Source: Candidatus Hydrogenedentota bacterium
GTDB taxonomy: Bacteria > Hydrogenedentota > Hydrogenedentia > Hydrogenedentales > JAEUWI01
Assembly: GCA_034669905.1 (NCBI GenBank)
Contig: JAXMOL010000001.1
Location: forward strand, 96,001 to 160,000
Reading direction: 5' to 3'
Length of the DNA: 64,000 bases
In this document: positions 1-11,348 of the stretch, piece after piece
Numbering within the stretch: position 1 is the first letter of the stretch
How the letters are laid out: the number at the start of each line of letters is the position of its first letter
Translations under genes and position numbers: made by a program
Notes under the pieces: generated by a model
What the model was told of the DNA's origin: nothing
Database searches by the model: none
Seen by the model: the letters and a program-made list of their open reading frames with translations, nothing else

Positions 1-45
1 TACGTCACCCCCCAAAATGACGTCAACAAAATCGGACTCCGACAC
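1..45 (-). CDS. 5' end of a gene running off the window (MSESDFVDVILGGDV...), possibly the operon partner of the SWIM protein
   Basis: GAGGAGGA RBS followed by GTG at 45 and an open frame to the window edge; only 15 codons visible. Confidence 0.4.
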   Translation of the reverse strand, partial: MSESDFVDVILGGDV

Positions 46-167
46 AGCAATCCTCCTCAGAAATGGCTTAGATCCAACTCTTCCCGGTAGCGCCCTATGC
101 CCCACCGCGTTGCCGCATGTTGCGATGCCGCTGTGGAAACGACAGCGGCCATGCTATGCCGCCGCCC

Positions 168-1508
168 CTACTCTTCCCCCGCCTTCATCCGCGCCGCCAA
201 CACATGCTTGCACGGCCCACGTTGGCCCTGGTGCTTGCCATACCACGGACAGGTACATTTGTCGCCCTCGTCCCGCAGGCGAATAAAGTGGGCCACGTCC
301 GTGCCTATGACTTCCACGTCGATGCCGCCGTCATCGTGGCGGGTGAGGATGGTGACCTTATCCTCGTCGAGCAGTTTTCGCGCGCCCTTGAGCCGGGGTT
401 GCTGCTGCTCCACCTTGCCGAGGTCGAAGGGCAGCTCGCGGTGGAAGAAGAAACCCTGGTGTACGTCGTAGCCCGCGAGACCCCGGGCGCCGAGGGCCGT
501 GAGTGCCGCTTCGATGTCGGCCTGGGGCAGCCCCAGCTCTTCCGCCAGGTCAGCGGCGTGGAGTTCGTTTTGCCAGCGGAGCGAGGCCTGAACTTTCGCC
601 AGATGCTTCTCCCAAGCCCCGGTCGCCAATTGCTGGAGGGCCTGGCCCTCGCCGGAGAGTCCCCGATACAATTCGGGACTGAGCAGCAGAAAAAAGCGTC
701 CACTTTTGAGCACAGGCTCCCACGCCGAAACGCCGGTGGTGTCGTCGTACCAGACGCGCAGAGACTCAATCAGCGGCATGAGGGGCTCCAACACCTTCAC
801 ACGGTGGGTGCCGGAAAACTGGACCGTGCCCGGCCCGGAACGTTGGGTCAGCCGGAAAGTGCGGCCGGTCTGGGTGAGGTAACAGGGACGCTTGGGCGAA
901 TTTTTCGGCAGACCGCGCACGAATCGTCGCGCCTCGGCGGCGGGCAATTCATAGCGCAGGCTGAGCCCCGGCTGGTATTGCTGCACCTCGCTGAAACACT
1001 TCACCCAGCGCACGGGGAGCTTCACCTTCTTCTCGATGACCTCGGTGCCCGCTTTTTCGATGGCCACCGCATCCCGCCCCACGGCGAGGCGTACGTCGTC
1101 GCTGTCCCGGAGGCGTGCCAGGGCATTGCGCATGGGGGTGTTAAAGTCGACGTTAGTGGTACCTCGTTCCATGAGTTCAGTCTTGAAGGATTCGGCGGGC
1201 ACATCGGCACGGGCATAGACCCCGCAACAGTCGCTGAAACCTTCGAATCGGAGCATGGCCTCGTTGCTGGTGACGACGGGGTCGAGGTTGCGCGGCACCG
1301 GCTTGAAGAAGTGGGTACCCACGACCTCGCTCAGGACGAGCAGCAACTGGGCCACATCGCGCGGATGGCGCATGTGGCCCTCAAAAAAGTAGGGGTGCTC
1401 CTTGCGGGCATCGCAGGTGGCGAGATGGAGTCCCAGACCTTTTCCGAGATCTTCGACCCCGGAGGTGTGGGCGTAGAGATAGGTATAGTCACGAATCGCG
1501 CCTGCCAT
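168..1508 (-). CDS. SWIM zinc-finger family protein
   Basis: C-terminal CTCPWYGKHQGQRGPCKH (CxCx(n)CxH SWIM motif); N-terminal DPVVT..LRFEGFSxCCGVYAR motif typical of this family. Confidence 0.8.
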   Translation of the reverse strand: MAGAIRDYTYLYAHTSGVEDLGKGLGLHLATCDARKEHPYFFEGHMRHPRDVAQLLLVLSEVVGTHFFKPVPRNLDPVVTSNEAMLRFEGFSDCCGVYARADVPAESFKTELMERGTTNVDFNTPMRNALARLRDSDDVRLAVGRDAVAIEKAGTEVIEKKVKLPVRWVKCFSEVQQYQPGLSLRYELPAAEARRFVRGLPKNSPKRPCYLTQTGRTFRLTQRSGPGTVQFSGTHRVKVLEPLMPLIESLRVWYDDTTGVSAWEPVLKSGRFFLLLSPELYRGLSGEGQALQQLATGAWEKHLAKVQASLRWQNELHAADLAEELGLPQADIEAALTALGARGLAGYDVHQGFFFHRELPFDLGKVEQQQPRLKGARKLLDEDKVTILTRHDDGGIDVEVIGTDVAHFIRLRDEGDKCTCPWYGKHQGQRGPCKHVLAARMKAGEE

Positions 1509-1662
1509 GGTAGGATTAGACTAGCACGGTCCTGCGCGGCATTCAAACGACTTTGCGGGGTCAACGTGTATCGAAACTGCCGCGTAAAATGAGATGTGGA
1601 GTGGGCTTCGAAGAGCAACGCGCACATTCTGTACAGGCAGGTACGTCAAGGCCTTCAAAATG

Positions 1663-1697
1663 AAAAACCACCGGATTCTGTGGAAGAATCCGGTGGT
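1663..1697 (-). terminator. Intrinsic terminator downstream of groEL
   Basis: 13-bp stem ACCACCGGATTCT/AGAATCCGGTGGT followed by a T run on the minus strand. Confidence 0.75.
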
Positions 1698-1732
1698 ATT
1701 ACGCGTTAATCAGGGGGACGTAAGCCCGAGGC

Positions 1733-3391
<1,659 letters not shown>

Positions 3392-3484
3392 CTAATTCTC
3401 CTTATGCTGCGCACACGGGGTGTGCATCAAAAAAAAGTACAGGTACCGTACCGTTTCAATGGAACTTAAGGCCATCGAGGCCTG

Positions 3485-3511
3485 TTAGCACTCCATCCGA
3501 TGGAGTGCTAA
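3485..3511. promoter_or_regulatory. CIRCE element (HrcA operator)
   Basis: Exact TTAGCACTC-N9-GAGTGCTAA between the promoter and groEL. Confidence 0.97.
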
Positions 3512-3520
3512 CAAGAGCGC

Positions 3521-3549
3521 ATACTAGCATATCGCCACGGGAGTGTCAA
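3521..3549 (-). promoter_or_regulatory. Sigma70-type promoter of groEL
   Basis: Minus strand TTGACA-17 nt-TAGTAT immediately upstream of CIRCE. Confidence 0.85.
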
Positions 3550-3721
3550 GCTTGCGCCCCCCTATCCGGTCCGCATTCGCACCCGGAAATACGCCCGGAG
3601 AGCGTCCCCTAAGTAACTACAAACACTTGCCTTAGTCTATCCCGCCGGGCGAGAGCGCATCCGGCTGGCCCCCAGACGTGCGCCCCTCCCCACCCGGCGC
3701 AGGGCAATAAGCGGGTGACGC

Positions 3722-4414
3722 TCAGGTGCCCTCGGGCAGGCGTTTCCAGGCGTGGGGGGCCAGCGGCTGGCGCAAACCGGCCTCCAGACGCTGCATGAAG
3801 GCCGCACGGGAGATTTCACGGGCTCCGAGCCGTTCCAGGTGGGGATTGGCCACCTGACAATCAATCAGACTCAGCCCCCAGTCCTGCGCGGCCGTCGTGA
3901 GGGTGTGCGCCGCCACCTTGGAAGCGTTAGACTGGTGTGAAAACATGGATTCGCCAAAGAAACAGCTGCCCAACGCGACGCCGTAGAGCCCCCCCACCAA
4001 GCGTTCTCCGGCCCAACATTCGATGGACATGGCGTAACCGGCCTCGTGCAGGTCAATGTAGGCCGCTTCCATCTCCGGGGTAATCCAGGTGCCATCCTGC
4101 CCGGGACGGGGCGTAGCACCGCAGGCCCGGATCACGTCGGGAAACGCCTGATTGAGCGTTATGTTAAACATCTTTTTCTTGATGACGCGCCGTAGGCTGC
4201 GGGAGCAATGGAACTCATCGGGCAGGAGCACCATACGGGGGTCGGGGGCCCACCAGAGCAAGGGTTCCCCTTCGGAATACCAGGGAAAGATGCCGGAGCG
4301 GTAGGCGAGCAGCAGACGTTTACGCTGGAGGTCGCCCCCAACGGCTAACAATCCGGTTTCTGCGGCTTCCACGGGCGGAAAGGCGATTTCATGGGTGAGT
4401 CTGAATACGGGCAT
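3722..4414 (-). CDS. aat: Leucyl/phenylalanyl-tRNA--protein transferase
   Basis: GLLAVGGDL, AYRSGIFPW, LLWWAPDPR, LVGGLYGV, FFGESMFS, NASKVA. Confidence 0.96.
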   Translation of the reverse strand: MPVFRLTHEIAFPPVEAAETGLLAVGGDLQRKRLLLAYRSGIFPWYSEGEPLLWWAPDPRMVLLPDEFHCSRSLRRVIKKKMFNITLNQAFPDVIRACGATPRPGQDGTWITPEMEAAYIDLHEAGYAMSIECWAGERLVGGLYGVALGSCFFGESMFSHQSNASKVAAHTLTTAAQDWGLSLIDCQVANPHLERLGAREISRAAFMQRLEAGLRQPLAPHAWKRLPEGT

Positions 4415-4470
4415 AGGCCACCATGGTACGGATGGGCGAATGGAAAAAGAAAGTCCGTCGGCACACGTTC

Positions 4471-5736
4471 TCAGGTGGGCGTGGTCGCCTTGTGCTGACG
4501 CGCGTGGGCTTCGAGAATATCAGCGGCCCGTTCGGTGGCACCGCCCGCCGTCACTTCGGCCTGGAAGCGGCGCGCGTTTTCGCCATAACGGGGGTCGTTG
4601 ATTAGGGTATCGAGGGCGGCGAGCATTTCTGCCCCCTTCATCTTACGGGGCACCCCTTTCAGCCCGAATTCATGTTCGAGCATGTAGGCCGTACAGAGTT
4701 GCTGCTCCAAATGACCGGGCAGGGCCAGCATGGGTTTCCCGGCGGCCAGGGCCTGATACATGCTGCCGTTGCCCCCATGATGTACCACCGCTGCGCAGTG
4801 CTCCATGATGGCAAGGCCGGGCGCATAGGTGGCAAAGCGGAAGTTGTCCGGTGCCAGGGCCATGCCCGCTTCAGACACCTGGCCGGCCGTGGTAACCACA
4901 AAGCGATAGTCACTGTTACCCAGGGCCTCATAGCAATTACGCAGTAACGGCTCCAACAGCCCCGTGGACCCCATGGTGATATAAATGTTGGTCGTCCCAT
5001 CGTCCAACTCGTCATACCAGTCCGGCAGGGTAGACGGCGGTTCATACAGGATGGGTCCGATGGACTGCCACAAGGGGAAGTCATCGTGGCTCTTGTGGAA
5101 GGCCGGCAAATCGGGCGAGAGCAAGGGGGTTTTGCGCAGCAGTTTGATGCCGTTGACTGGCTTCCGCCCCAGCTTGCGATAAACCCGGGCACGCATGCGT
5201 CCGAAGTGGAGTAATTCCGCGGTGTGAATCAGGAAGTTAAAAAAACTCCACGGGCGCACGAAGTAGGTGTTGTAGGCATTGAAGACACCGGCGGCCGGGA
5301 TACCGAGGATATCCCCCGCAGGCGATACCCCCACGCTGGCATCACCGAGGATCAGATCGGGTTGCTCTTCTTCGCAGACCCGGATGATATCCTCCAGGAT
5401 CTCATCGAGGGGGGCCCACTTGCGGCTGTGTAACACATCCCAGAGGGCGACCAGAATGCCGTAATCGTGAAAACGATCCCAGGCATAGGGCTGGTAGGGC
5501 TCCTTCACTTCCAGCACCCGAAATCCCTGCACCTCGGCCTGGTTCAGTTTGGATCGGGGGTCGCTCGTGCTCACGCCGCCGAAGACCACTTCATGGCCCC
5601 GCTCCCGGAGGGTCTTGGCAATTTCTACGCAACGGCCCACGTGGGCGAGGCCGAAGCCCTGGGGAAAGAACATGAACTTCAACGGGCGGATCGACGGATC
5701 GACCGAAGTAGCCTCGCTTTCTGACGGCTGGGTCAT
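4471..5736 (-). CDS. GT1/MGT-family (UDP-sugar) glycosyltransferase
   Basis: N-terminal GLAHVGR...LRERGHEVVF; C-terminal YITMGS and VVHHGGNGSMYQALAAGKPMLALP..LEQ. Confidence 0.85.
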   Translation of the reverse strand: MTQPSESEATSVDPSIRPLKFMFFPQGFGLAHVGRCVEIAKTLRERGHEVVFGGVSTSDPRSKLNQAEVQGFRVLEVKEPYQPYAWDRFHDYGILVALWDVLHSRKWAPLDEILEDIIRVCEEEQPDLILGDASVGVSPAGDILGIPAAGVFNAYNTYFVRPWSFFNFLIHTAELLHFGRMRARVYRKLGRKPVNGIKLLRKTPLLSPDLPAFHKSHDDFPLWQSIGPILYEPPSTLPDWYDELDDGTTNIYITMGSTGLLEPLLRNCYEALGNSDYRFVVTTAGQVSEAGMALAPDNFRFATYAPGLAIMEHCAAVVHHGGNGSMYQALAAGKPMLALPGHLEQQLCTAYMLEHEFGLKGVPRKMKGAEMLAALDTLINDPRYGENARRFQAEVTAGGATERAADILEAHARQHKATTPT

Positions 5737-6662
5737 CCCAACTCCTCCTGTACCTTGGGCGTCTCCACGGTGCGGTTGGCACGCCAGGCGGCCAGTCCGG
5801 CTTCAATCTCACCCAGAATCGTCTTTCCGAGTATGCCCTTCTTCTTGAGGTCAGCGGCGCAGTTGTGCCGTCCCGAGTCGAGGGGCATCAGGGTTATACT
5901 TGGAATGTCCTTGTGATAGGCCGCCTGGGCGGCATCGGGTGCACACCGCGCACCGAAAATAATAGTGGCCCGTGGCGGTGCCGGCGTTACATCAAGATAG
6001 CATTGGGTGATGTCGGGCACGTTTTCTTCCCCGTGGATACGGCAGATCTTGCGCCATACCAGTTGGGCGCCCAGTGTAACCAACACCACTTCCGCATAGG
6101 CCGCCGGCTCGGTGAGGAGTTTCTTCACATTAAAATAGGTCTTGAGCTGGTTGCGGGGATCGGTGTAGACCCGGGGCGGAAAGCCCGGGGCAAAGGTCAC
6201 GATCTGGTGGATACGTGCGAAGGAACTGACGTAGAAAGCGCCCGCACCGCCGGCAGAGGCCCCGATGGCCACGTTGTAGGAAGAACCCAGCTGCTCCAGC
6301 GTCTCGTTCACGAGGGGCATATAAAAGTCGATGCCACCCGGGCCGCCGGTGGGGTGCTCAAAGTAGCCTGCACGGCGCGGATCCCGCACAAAAACGAGGT
6401 TGTAGTTGTTGTCGTTTTCCTTGAGCATCTGGCGAAACTCAAACTGGGGCATCCCCGCATAGAGCACCGCCATGCCCGCAAAAGAGACGATGGTCACATC
6501 CGAGCCGTTATCTTCCACCTGGATGAAGTGACTCCGATCGAAGTCACCCGAAGAAATCTGGGGGTCGGTGAAATCGAAGGTACCCTCTTGCTCCATGCTC
6601 TTAGCAAGGCTGGGCATGAAGATTCGGCTGAGTAATTTGATGAAAAAGTTCAGAAATGCCAT
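5733..6662 (-). CDS. Hypothetical alpha/beta-hydrolase-like protein, coupled to the glycosyltransferase
   Basis: GASAG nucleophile-elbow motif, late His (GRHNC); 4-bp overlap with the GT gene; start uncertain (6662 or 6710). Confidence 0.55.
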   Translation of the reverse strand: MAFLNFFIKLLSRIFMPSLAKSMEQEGTFDFTDPQISSGDFDRSHFIQVEDNGSDVTIVSFAGMAVLYAGMPQFEFRQMLKENDNNYNLVFVRDPRRAGYFEHPTGGPGGIDFYMPLVNETLEQLGSSYNVAIGASAGGAGAFYVSSFARIHQIVTFAPGFPPRVYTDPRNQLKTYFNVKKLLTEPAAYAEVVLVTLGAQLVWRKICRIHGEENVPDITQCYLDVTPAPPRATIIFGARCAPDAAQAAYHKDIPSITLMPLDSGRHNCAADLKKKGILGKTILGEIEAGLAAWRANRTVETPKVQEELG

Positions 6663-6863
6663 AAATCCGGGGTACTCGATTGCTGCAAGATGTGAACGGG
6701 TTGGGTGCACCCCAGTATACCCGACCTGCCGGGGGACGTTACAGAAGGAAGGCCTGGGCCGCTGGTTCCCCCCGGGTGGAGACCATGAAAAATCGGGCGC
6801 GGGCCATTTGGCAGCCAGCGCCCGATGTCGTTCATCGTTTTGGAGTGTTTCCCGTGACCGGGG

Positions 6864-9779
6864 CTAGTTGGAAAAGATCTCTTCCAACGTGACCTTGCGA
6901 ATCGGCGCCACCTTGGCGAGGGCCTCCAGGTCGATCTTGCTTTCATCGCCCACAATGGAAATCAGCTTGGGCCGTCCCTTAATCACGGACTCGTGAAAAG
7001 CCAGCACGTTGCTCAGGTTGCTTGCCTGGATGGCTTCATAGCGTGCCTCGCGGGGGTCACCCACCAGGCCCAGGTCTTCCCAACCGCGGACGGCACCGAT
7101 GACGCCACGAAAGTCCACTTTTCCGGTGCGGTAGCGGTTGATGAGGGCTTCCCGCGTAATGGCAAAGCGCTCTTCAGATGCTGGCAGGTTGTCCAACAAA
7201 TCGATGAAGGCCTTGGTGGCTTCCACGGTCTTGTCGGCCTGGCTGCCAATGACGCCCACCATGATATTTTCATCATCCAACTCGCTGCCTTCGATATAGC
7301 GGGCACCGGCGGAGTAGGCCAGGGCGCGGGCTTCCCGCAATTCCTGGAAGACAATACCGGCCATGCCGCCGGCAAAGTAGTTGTTGTAGAGCTGGATGGT
7401 GGGATTGAGCCCTTCGGAGTAAAAGCCACTGCCAAACTCCAGACGAATCTGGGCCTGGGCCGCCTCTTTATGGTGGAAGTAGATTTCCGTCTGCTCCGGG
7501 GTACGGGCAAGCCGATTGGCGGCCTCGGGGGCTTCCTTCACGTCCTTGCGTTCCCCATAGAAGGTCTTGATGGCCGCGATCACCTCTTCCAGGGGCAGGG
7601 TACCGACGTAGCTGACGTTCTGTTCATACTGCAGCACGTTCTGGGCATTCTGATAGAGGGACTCGGCAGAGATGCCTTGGATTTCTTCGTTGGTCATGCG
7701 GGTCAGGAAATCCGACTCGTCGCCATAGCGGTTATACTGAACCACCGCCTGGGAAATGCTCTGGGCTTCCTTCTGGGCATCGGCACGCTGTACCAGGACG
7801 ATTTTCTTCAGCTCGTCGAGGGTCTCCGGCGGTGCCTGGGGCGTGTGAATGGCATCGTGCAAGAGGGCCATCGAAGCCGCGAAATTTTCATCGAGACCGG
7901 AGATCGAAATGCTGACGTCTTCATCGCCCGCGCCGAAGCCCATGTTGGTGCCGAGCTTGTACCACTCTTGCTGCAGGGCCTCGGGGCTGAGTTTATCGGT
8001 GCCGGACTTCGTGTAGAGGGCGGCCGCCAGGTTGAGGGTATTGTCGTGACGGGTACCCACCGGGGCATCAATCGAGAAACTGAACAGGTCGTTGAGCGGG
8101 TTCTTCACATAATACAACCGGACGCCTTCCATCGCTTCCACGATCGTGAGGTCCTGGTCCCGGTCCACGAAGGTGGGCTTGATGGGGTCTACCGCTACAC
8201 CGAGCAAGTCGCGGGCAAACTCCGACTCGCGGCGGGGATCGATGTCGATGGCCGCCAGTTCGGGCTTCTCGATATCGGGCACACTGTGGGGCGCGTCTTT
8301 CCGCAATCCGGCCACATAGTTGTCGCCAAAGTACTTGTTAGCCACGCGCACGATATCATCCTTCGTGAGCTTTTCCATGCGCTCAAAGCGGGCGACGTGT
8401 TCGTCCCAGGGCTGGAAGGCTAACCAGGACTGCCGCATGTCGGAGACCCGGGCCGGGTCTGATTCGAGGCCTGCCTTGGTATTCTTCTTGAAGTCATTGA
8501 TGATGGCGGGGACCAGCCAATCGCCGAACTCACCTTTCTTAACCAGCGCGAGTTGCTCCAGCAGCAGGGCTTCCACCTCTTCCAGCGTCTGCTCTTCCTT
8601 GGGAATGCCCCACAGATACTGGGCCCCATAGTCATTGAGCAACATGGGGTTGGAGCCTGCCTGGCGCACCCGCTGCTGTTGATTGAGGTTAAGGTTAATC
8701 AGCCCGGCACTGGCATTGTCGAGAATCATATCAATGAGACTCAAGGCCTCCGCATCTTCGTGATCTTGCGGAGCCGTGCGGAAGGCGAGCAACACAAATT
8801 CTTCGCCTTCATAGGTGCGGACGACTTCCTCTCGTCCATCGAGGGGCGCTTCTTCCCACGTTTTGGGCTCGGGAATATCGGCCGGTTTCCAGCTGGAGAA
8901 TTGGGCATCGATAATATCCATCGTCTCTTTTTTATCGATATCGCCGGAGAGGAAAATGGCCATATTGTTCGGCACATACCAGGTCTCAAAGTATTCGCTG
9001 ATATTCTGCAACGAAGGATTCTTCAGATGCTCTACCGTGCCGATGGTGGGCTGGGTTCCATAGGGGTGCTTCTTGAAGAGCTCCTCATTAACGGCATAGC
9101 GAATAATCCGGTCCTTGTTGTCGAGGGCCCGGTTCATTTCTTCATAGACGGTTTCCAGCTCCGTCTGAAAGAGCCGGAACACGGGATTGGCAAATCGCTC
9201 GGCTTCGAGGCGTGCCCACTGCTCCAGCCGGTTGGCGGGCAGGCTCACCTTGTACACGGTTTCTTCATGCCAGGTGTGGGCATTAACCATCGAGCCCCCC
9301 ATGGACTTGTAGACCCGATCCAACTCGTTGGGCACGGCGTATTCCGCCGCCGCGAGGGAAGCCTCATTGATCTGGGCATAGATGGCCTTGCGCTTCTCGG
9401 GATCGGTTTCGTTGAAGTGCTCCTGATAAAGGGCTTCAATCTTTTCGATATAGACCCGCTCCTTCTCATAATCCAGGGTTCCGAGGTGGGTGGTCCCTTT
9501 GAAGAGCAGGTGCTCGAGGTAGTGGGCCAGGCCAGTGGACTCGGCCGGGTCCTGTTTGCTGCCAGCGCGGACGGCGATTTCGGCATAGAAACGGGGCGTC
9601 TCGTGGTTTTCGGTCAAATAGACTGTCAACCCGTTGTCCAGCTTATAGATAGAGACTGCCATCTCATCGTCGGGATTGGGCGAATTGACCTGCTCATAGG
9701 CACCGTGTGCCTGGGAACCCAGAAGAACACCGGCGGTGAACAGGACAAGGGCCGCGACGCGTAGATACATTCGTTTCAT
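6864..9779 (-). CDS. M16 (insulinase-family) zinc peptidase, secreted
   Basis: Signal peptide; LDNGLTVYL; GLAHYLEHLLFKGT (HxxEH); FQELREARALAYSA in the second half. Confidence 0.92.
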   Translation of the reverse strand: MKRMYLRVAALVLFTAGVLLGSQAHGAYEQVNSPNPDDEMAVSIYKLDNGLTVYLTENHETPRFYAEIAVRAGSKQDPAESTGLAHYLEHLLFKGTTHLGTLDYEKERVYIEKIEALYQEHFNETDPEKRKAIYAQINEASLAAAEYAVPNELDRVYKSMGGSMVNAHTWHEETVYKVSLPANRLEQWARLEAERFANPVFRLFQTELETVYEEMNRALDNKDRIIRYAVNEELFKKHPYGTQPTIGTVEHLKNPSLQNISEYFETWYVPNNMAIFLSGDIDKKETMDIIDAQFSSWKPADIPEPKTWEEAPLDGREEVVRTYEGEEFVLLAFRTAPQDHEDAEALSLIDMILDNASAGLINLNLNQQQRVRQAGSNPMLLNDYGAQYLWGIPKEEQTLEEVEALLLEQLALVKKGEFGDWLVPAIINDFKKNTKAGLESDPARVSDMRQSWLAFQPWDEHVARFERMEKLTKDDIVRVANKYFGDNYVAGLRKDAPHSVPDIEKPELAAIDIDPRRESEFARDLLGVAVDPIKPTFVDRDQDLTIVEAMEGVRLYYVKNPLNDLFSFSIDAPVGTRHDNTLNLAAALYTKSGTDKLSPEALQQEWYKLGTNMGFGAGDEDVSISISGLDENFAASMALLHDAIHTPQAPPETLDELKKIVLVQRADAQKEAQSISQAVVQYNRYGDESDFLTRMTNEEIQGISAESLYQNAQNVLQYEQNVSYVGTLPLEEVIAAIKTFYGERKDVKEAPEAANRLARTPEQTEIYFHHKEAAQAQIRLEFGSGFYSEGLNPTIQLYNNYFAGGMAGIVFQELREARALAYSAGARYIEGSELDDENIMVGVIGSQADKTVEATKAFIDLLDNLPASEERFAITREALINRYRTGKVDFRGVIGAVRGWEDLGLVGDPREARYEAIQASNLSNVLAFHESVIKGRPKLISIVGDESKIDLEALAKVAPIRKVTLEEIFSN

Positions 9780-9840
9780 AGTCAATCGTTCCTTCTGTAG
9801 CAACCAGGGGGAAACCGAATCGGGGCGTTTTTAATAGATT

Positions 9841-9881
9841 CATCGGGGCCGACGAAACCGTGTGCCTCGTCGGCCCCGATG
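9841..9881. terminator. Strong intergenic hairpin (terminator or mRNA-stabilising stem)
   Basis: Perfect 15-bp inverted repeat CATCGGGGCCGACGA/TCGTCGGCCCCGATG just after the oxidoreductase stop; no clear U-tract. Confidence 0.55.
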
Positions 9882-9888
9882 GCATGGA

Positions 9889-11169
9889 TCAGGTGAGTTT
9901 GGGCACTTCAAAACCCTGGCGGTATTCCTTGGTCAACAGTGCGTTGGCTTCGGCGTCGCTCTTAATGAGGTGATTCTCCGCGTCAAAGTGGACGGTGCGT
10001 CCCGTACGGAAGGAAATATCGCCGAGGTGACAAATCGCGGCAGCCTCGAGTCCCTGCTGGGCCGTCGAAGTAATCCGGCTCCGGTCGTCCCCGCGAATGG
10101 CCTCGATAAAGTTGTTGAGGTGCGTATGGGTGGCGTTGACCCGCTCAAAGCCGACTTCATCGGGGATTTCTTCCCCTTTGGTGTTGTAAAACTTACCCTC
10201 GGCCATCCAGCCTTCCGAGCCGTAGAGGAACATCCCGACCTGGGTATTGTGCTCTTTCGGGCTATAGCGGCCCCGAACTTCGTTGACCAACATGGTGCCG
10301 TCGGCGAAGGTCGCCGTGGACACCTGGGTGTTGGGCGTCTCGGCCGGGTCGTCGTAGCCAAAGCGTCCCCCTTCGCTGTGGACCTTGACCGGCAGCCCGC
10401 GGTTAAGCGACCAGTTGGCAATATCGGTGAAGTGCACCAGATTGTTGCCTACTTCTCCGTTGCCATAGCGCCAGAACCAGTGCCAGTTATAGTGCACATA
10501 GTTGGGATTGAAGGCCTGCTCCATGGCCGGCCCCTGCCACAGGGACCAGTCCAGCCATTCCGGGGGCTCTTCATCGGCCACGACCGGCAGGGCATCCCGA
10601 CGGTTGAAGCAGACGCAGCGAGCCAGATAGATATCGCCAATCACCCCACTGTTCCCCCGCTCCACCATCCGTTGCCAGAGGGGTTCGGAGCGGCGCTGGG
10701 TGCCGTGCATGAGAATCTTGCCATACTTCTTCTCGGCCGCGACGAGTTGAAGGCCCTCCCAGTAGGTGTGGCACATGGGCTTTTCCACATAGACATGTTT
10801 GCCCGCTTCCAGGGCCCACATCGCCGCGAGCACGTGCCAGTGATTGGGAAGAGCGATGGTCACGGCGTCGATTTCCGGGTCGGCCAGCACATCGCGCATG
10901 TCGCGGTAGAGCTTGGGCTTCTTCCCCGTTTTCTCTTCCAGGGCCTTGGCTTCCCGCTCCAGCACCTGGCTGTCCACGTCGCACAGGGCGACTATCTCGC
11001 CGTGTTCCGAAGCCAGAACACCCGCGATGTGGGCTCGGCCTCGGTTTTGCACACCAATGGTAGCCACCCGAATCTTTTCGTTGGCCCCTTGGGCTGATGC
11101 GGGAAGAATACTTGCACCGACCGCGGCCACGCCGGTGGCGGCCAGAAAATCTCGTCGGGATAGGGTCAT
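9889..11169 (-). CDS. Tat-exported Gfo/Idh/MocA oxidoreductase
   Basis: SRRDFL Tat motif; ANEKIRVATIG; PNHWH; GKHVYVEKP; GTQRRS. Confidence 0.92.
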   Translation of the reverse strand: MTLSRRDFLAATGVAAVGASILPASAQGANEKIRVATIGVQNRGRAHIAGVLASEHGEIVALCDVDSQVLEREAKALEEKTGKKPKLYRDMRDVLADPEIDAVTIALPNHWHVLAAMWALEAGKHVYVEKPMCHTYWEGLQLVAAEKKYGKILMHGTQRRSEPLWQRMVERGNSGVIGDIYLARCVCFNRRDALPVVADEEPPEWLDWSLWQGPAMEQAFNPNYVHYNWHWFWRYGNGEVGNNLVHFTDIANWSLNRGLPVKVHSEGGRFGYDDPAETPNTQVSTATFADGTMLVNEVRGRYSPKEHNTQVGMFLYGSEGWMAEGKFYNTKGEEIPDEVGFERVNATHTHLNNFIEAIRGDDRSRITSTAQQGLEAAAICHLGDISFRTGRTVHFDAENHLIKSDAEANALLTKEYRQGFEVPKLT

Positions 11170-11290
11170 GATACATTCCTCAGTCGTTTTGTGAATTGTG
11201 ATGCCCGCCTGATGGGGTATATATAGAGAGGAAATGGTACACCATGCCCTCCGGCCCTGTAAAAAAATATAAGTGCCCCCCGTGCCCCCA

Positions 11291-11328
11291 ATAACAACGC
11301 CGCAGCACCCGGGTGGGCACTGCGGCGT
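11291..11328 (-). terminator. Probable intrinsic terminator after the giant CHRD gene
   Basis: ACGCCGCAG/CTGCGGCGT stem followed by TGTTATT on the minus strand. Confidence 0.55.
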
Positions 11329-11348
11329 CAGGCCGGTCGCTTCGTTAA

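Noticed and set aside
117..1592. Long antisense ORFs (117-1592, also 20911-22731, 31096-32526, 38675-40006, 47598-49109)
   Set aside because: Shadow frames of well-supported genes, expected in high-GC DNA; no recognisable motifs
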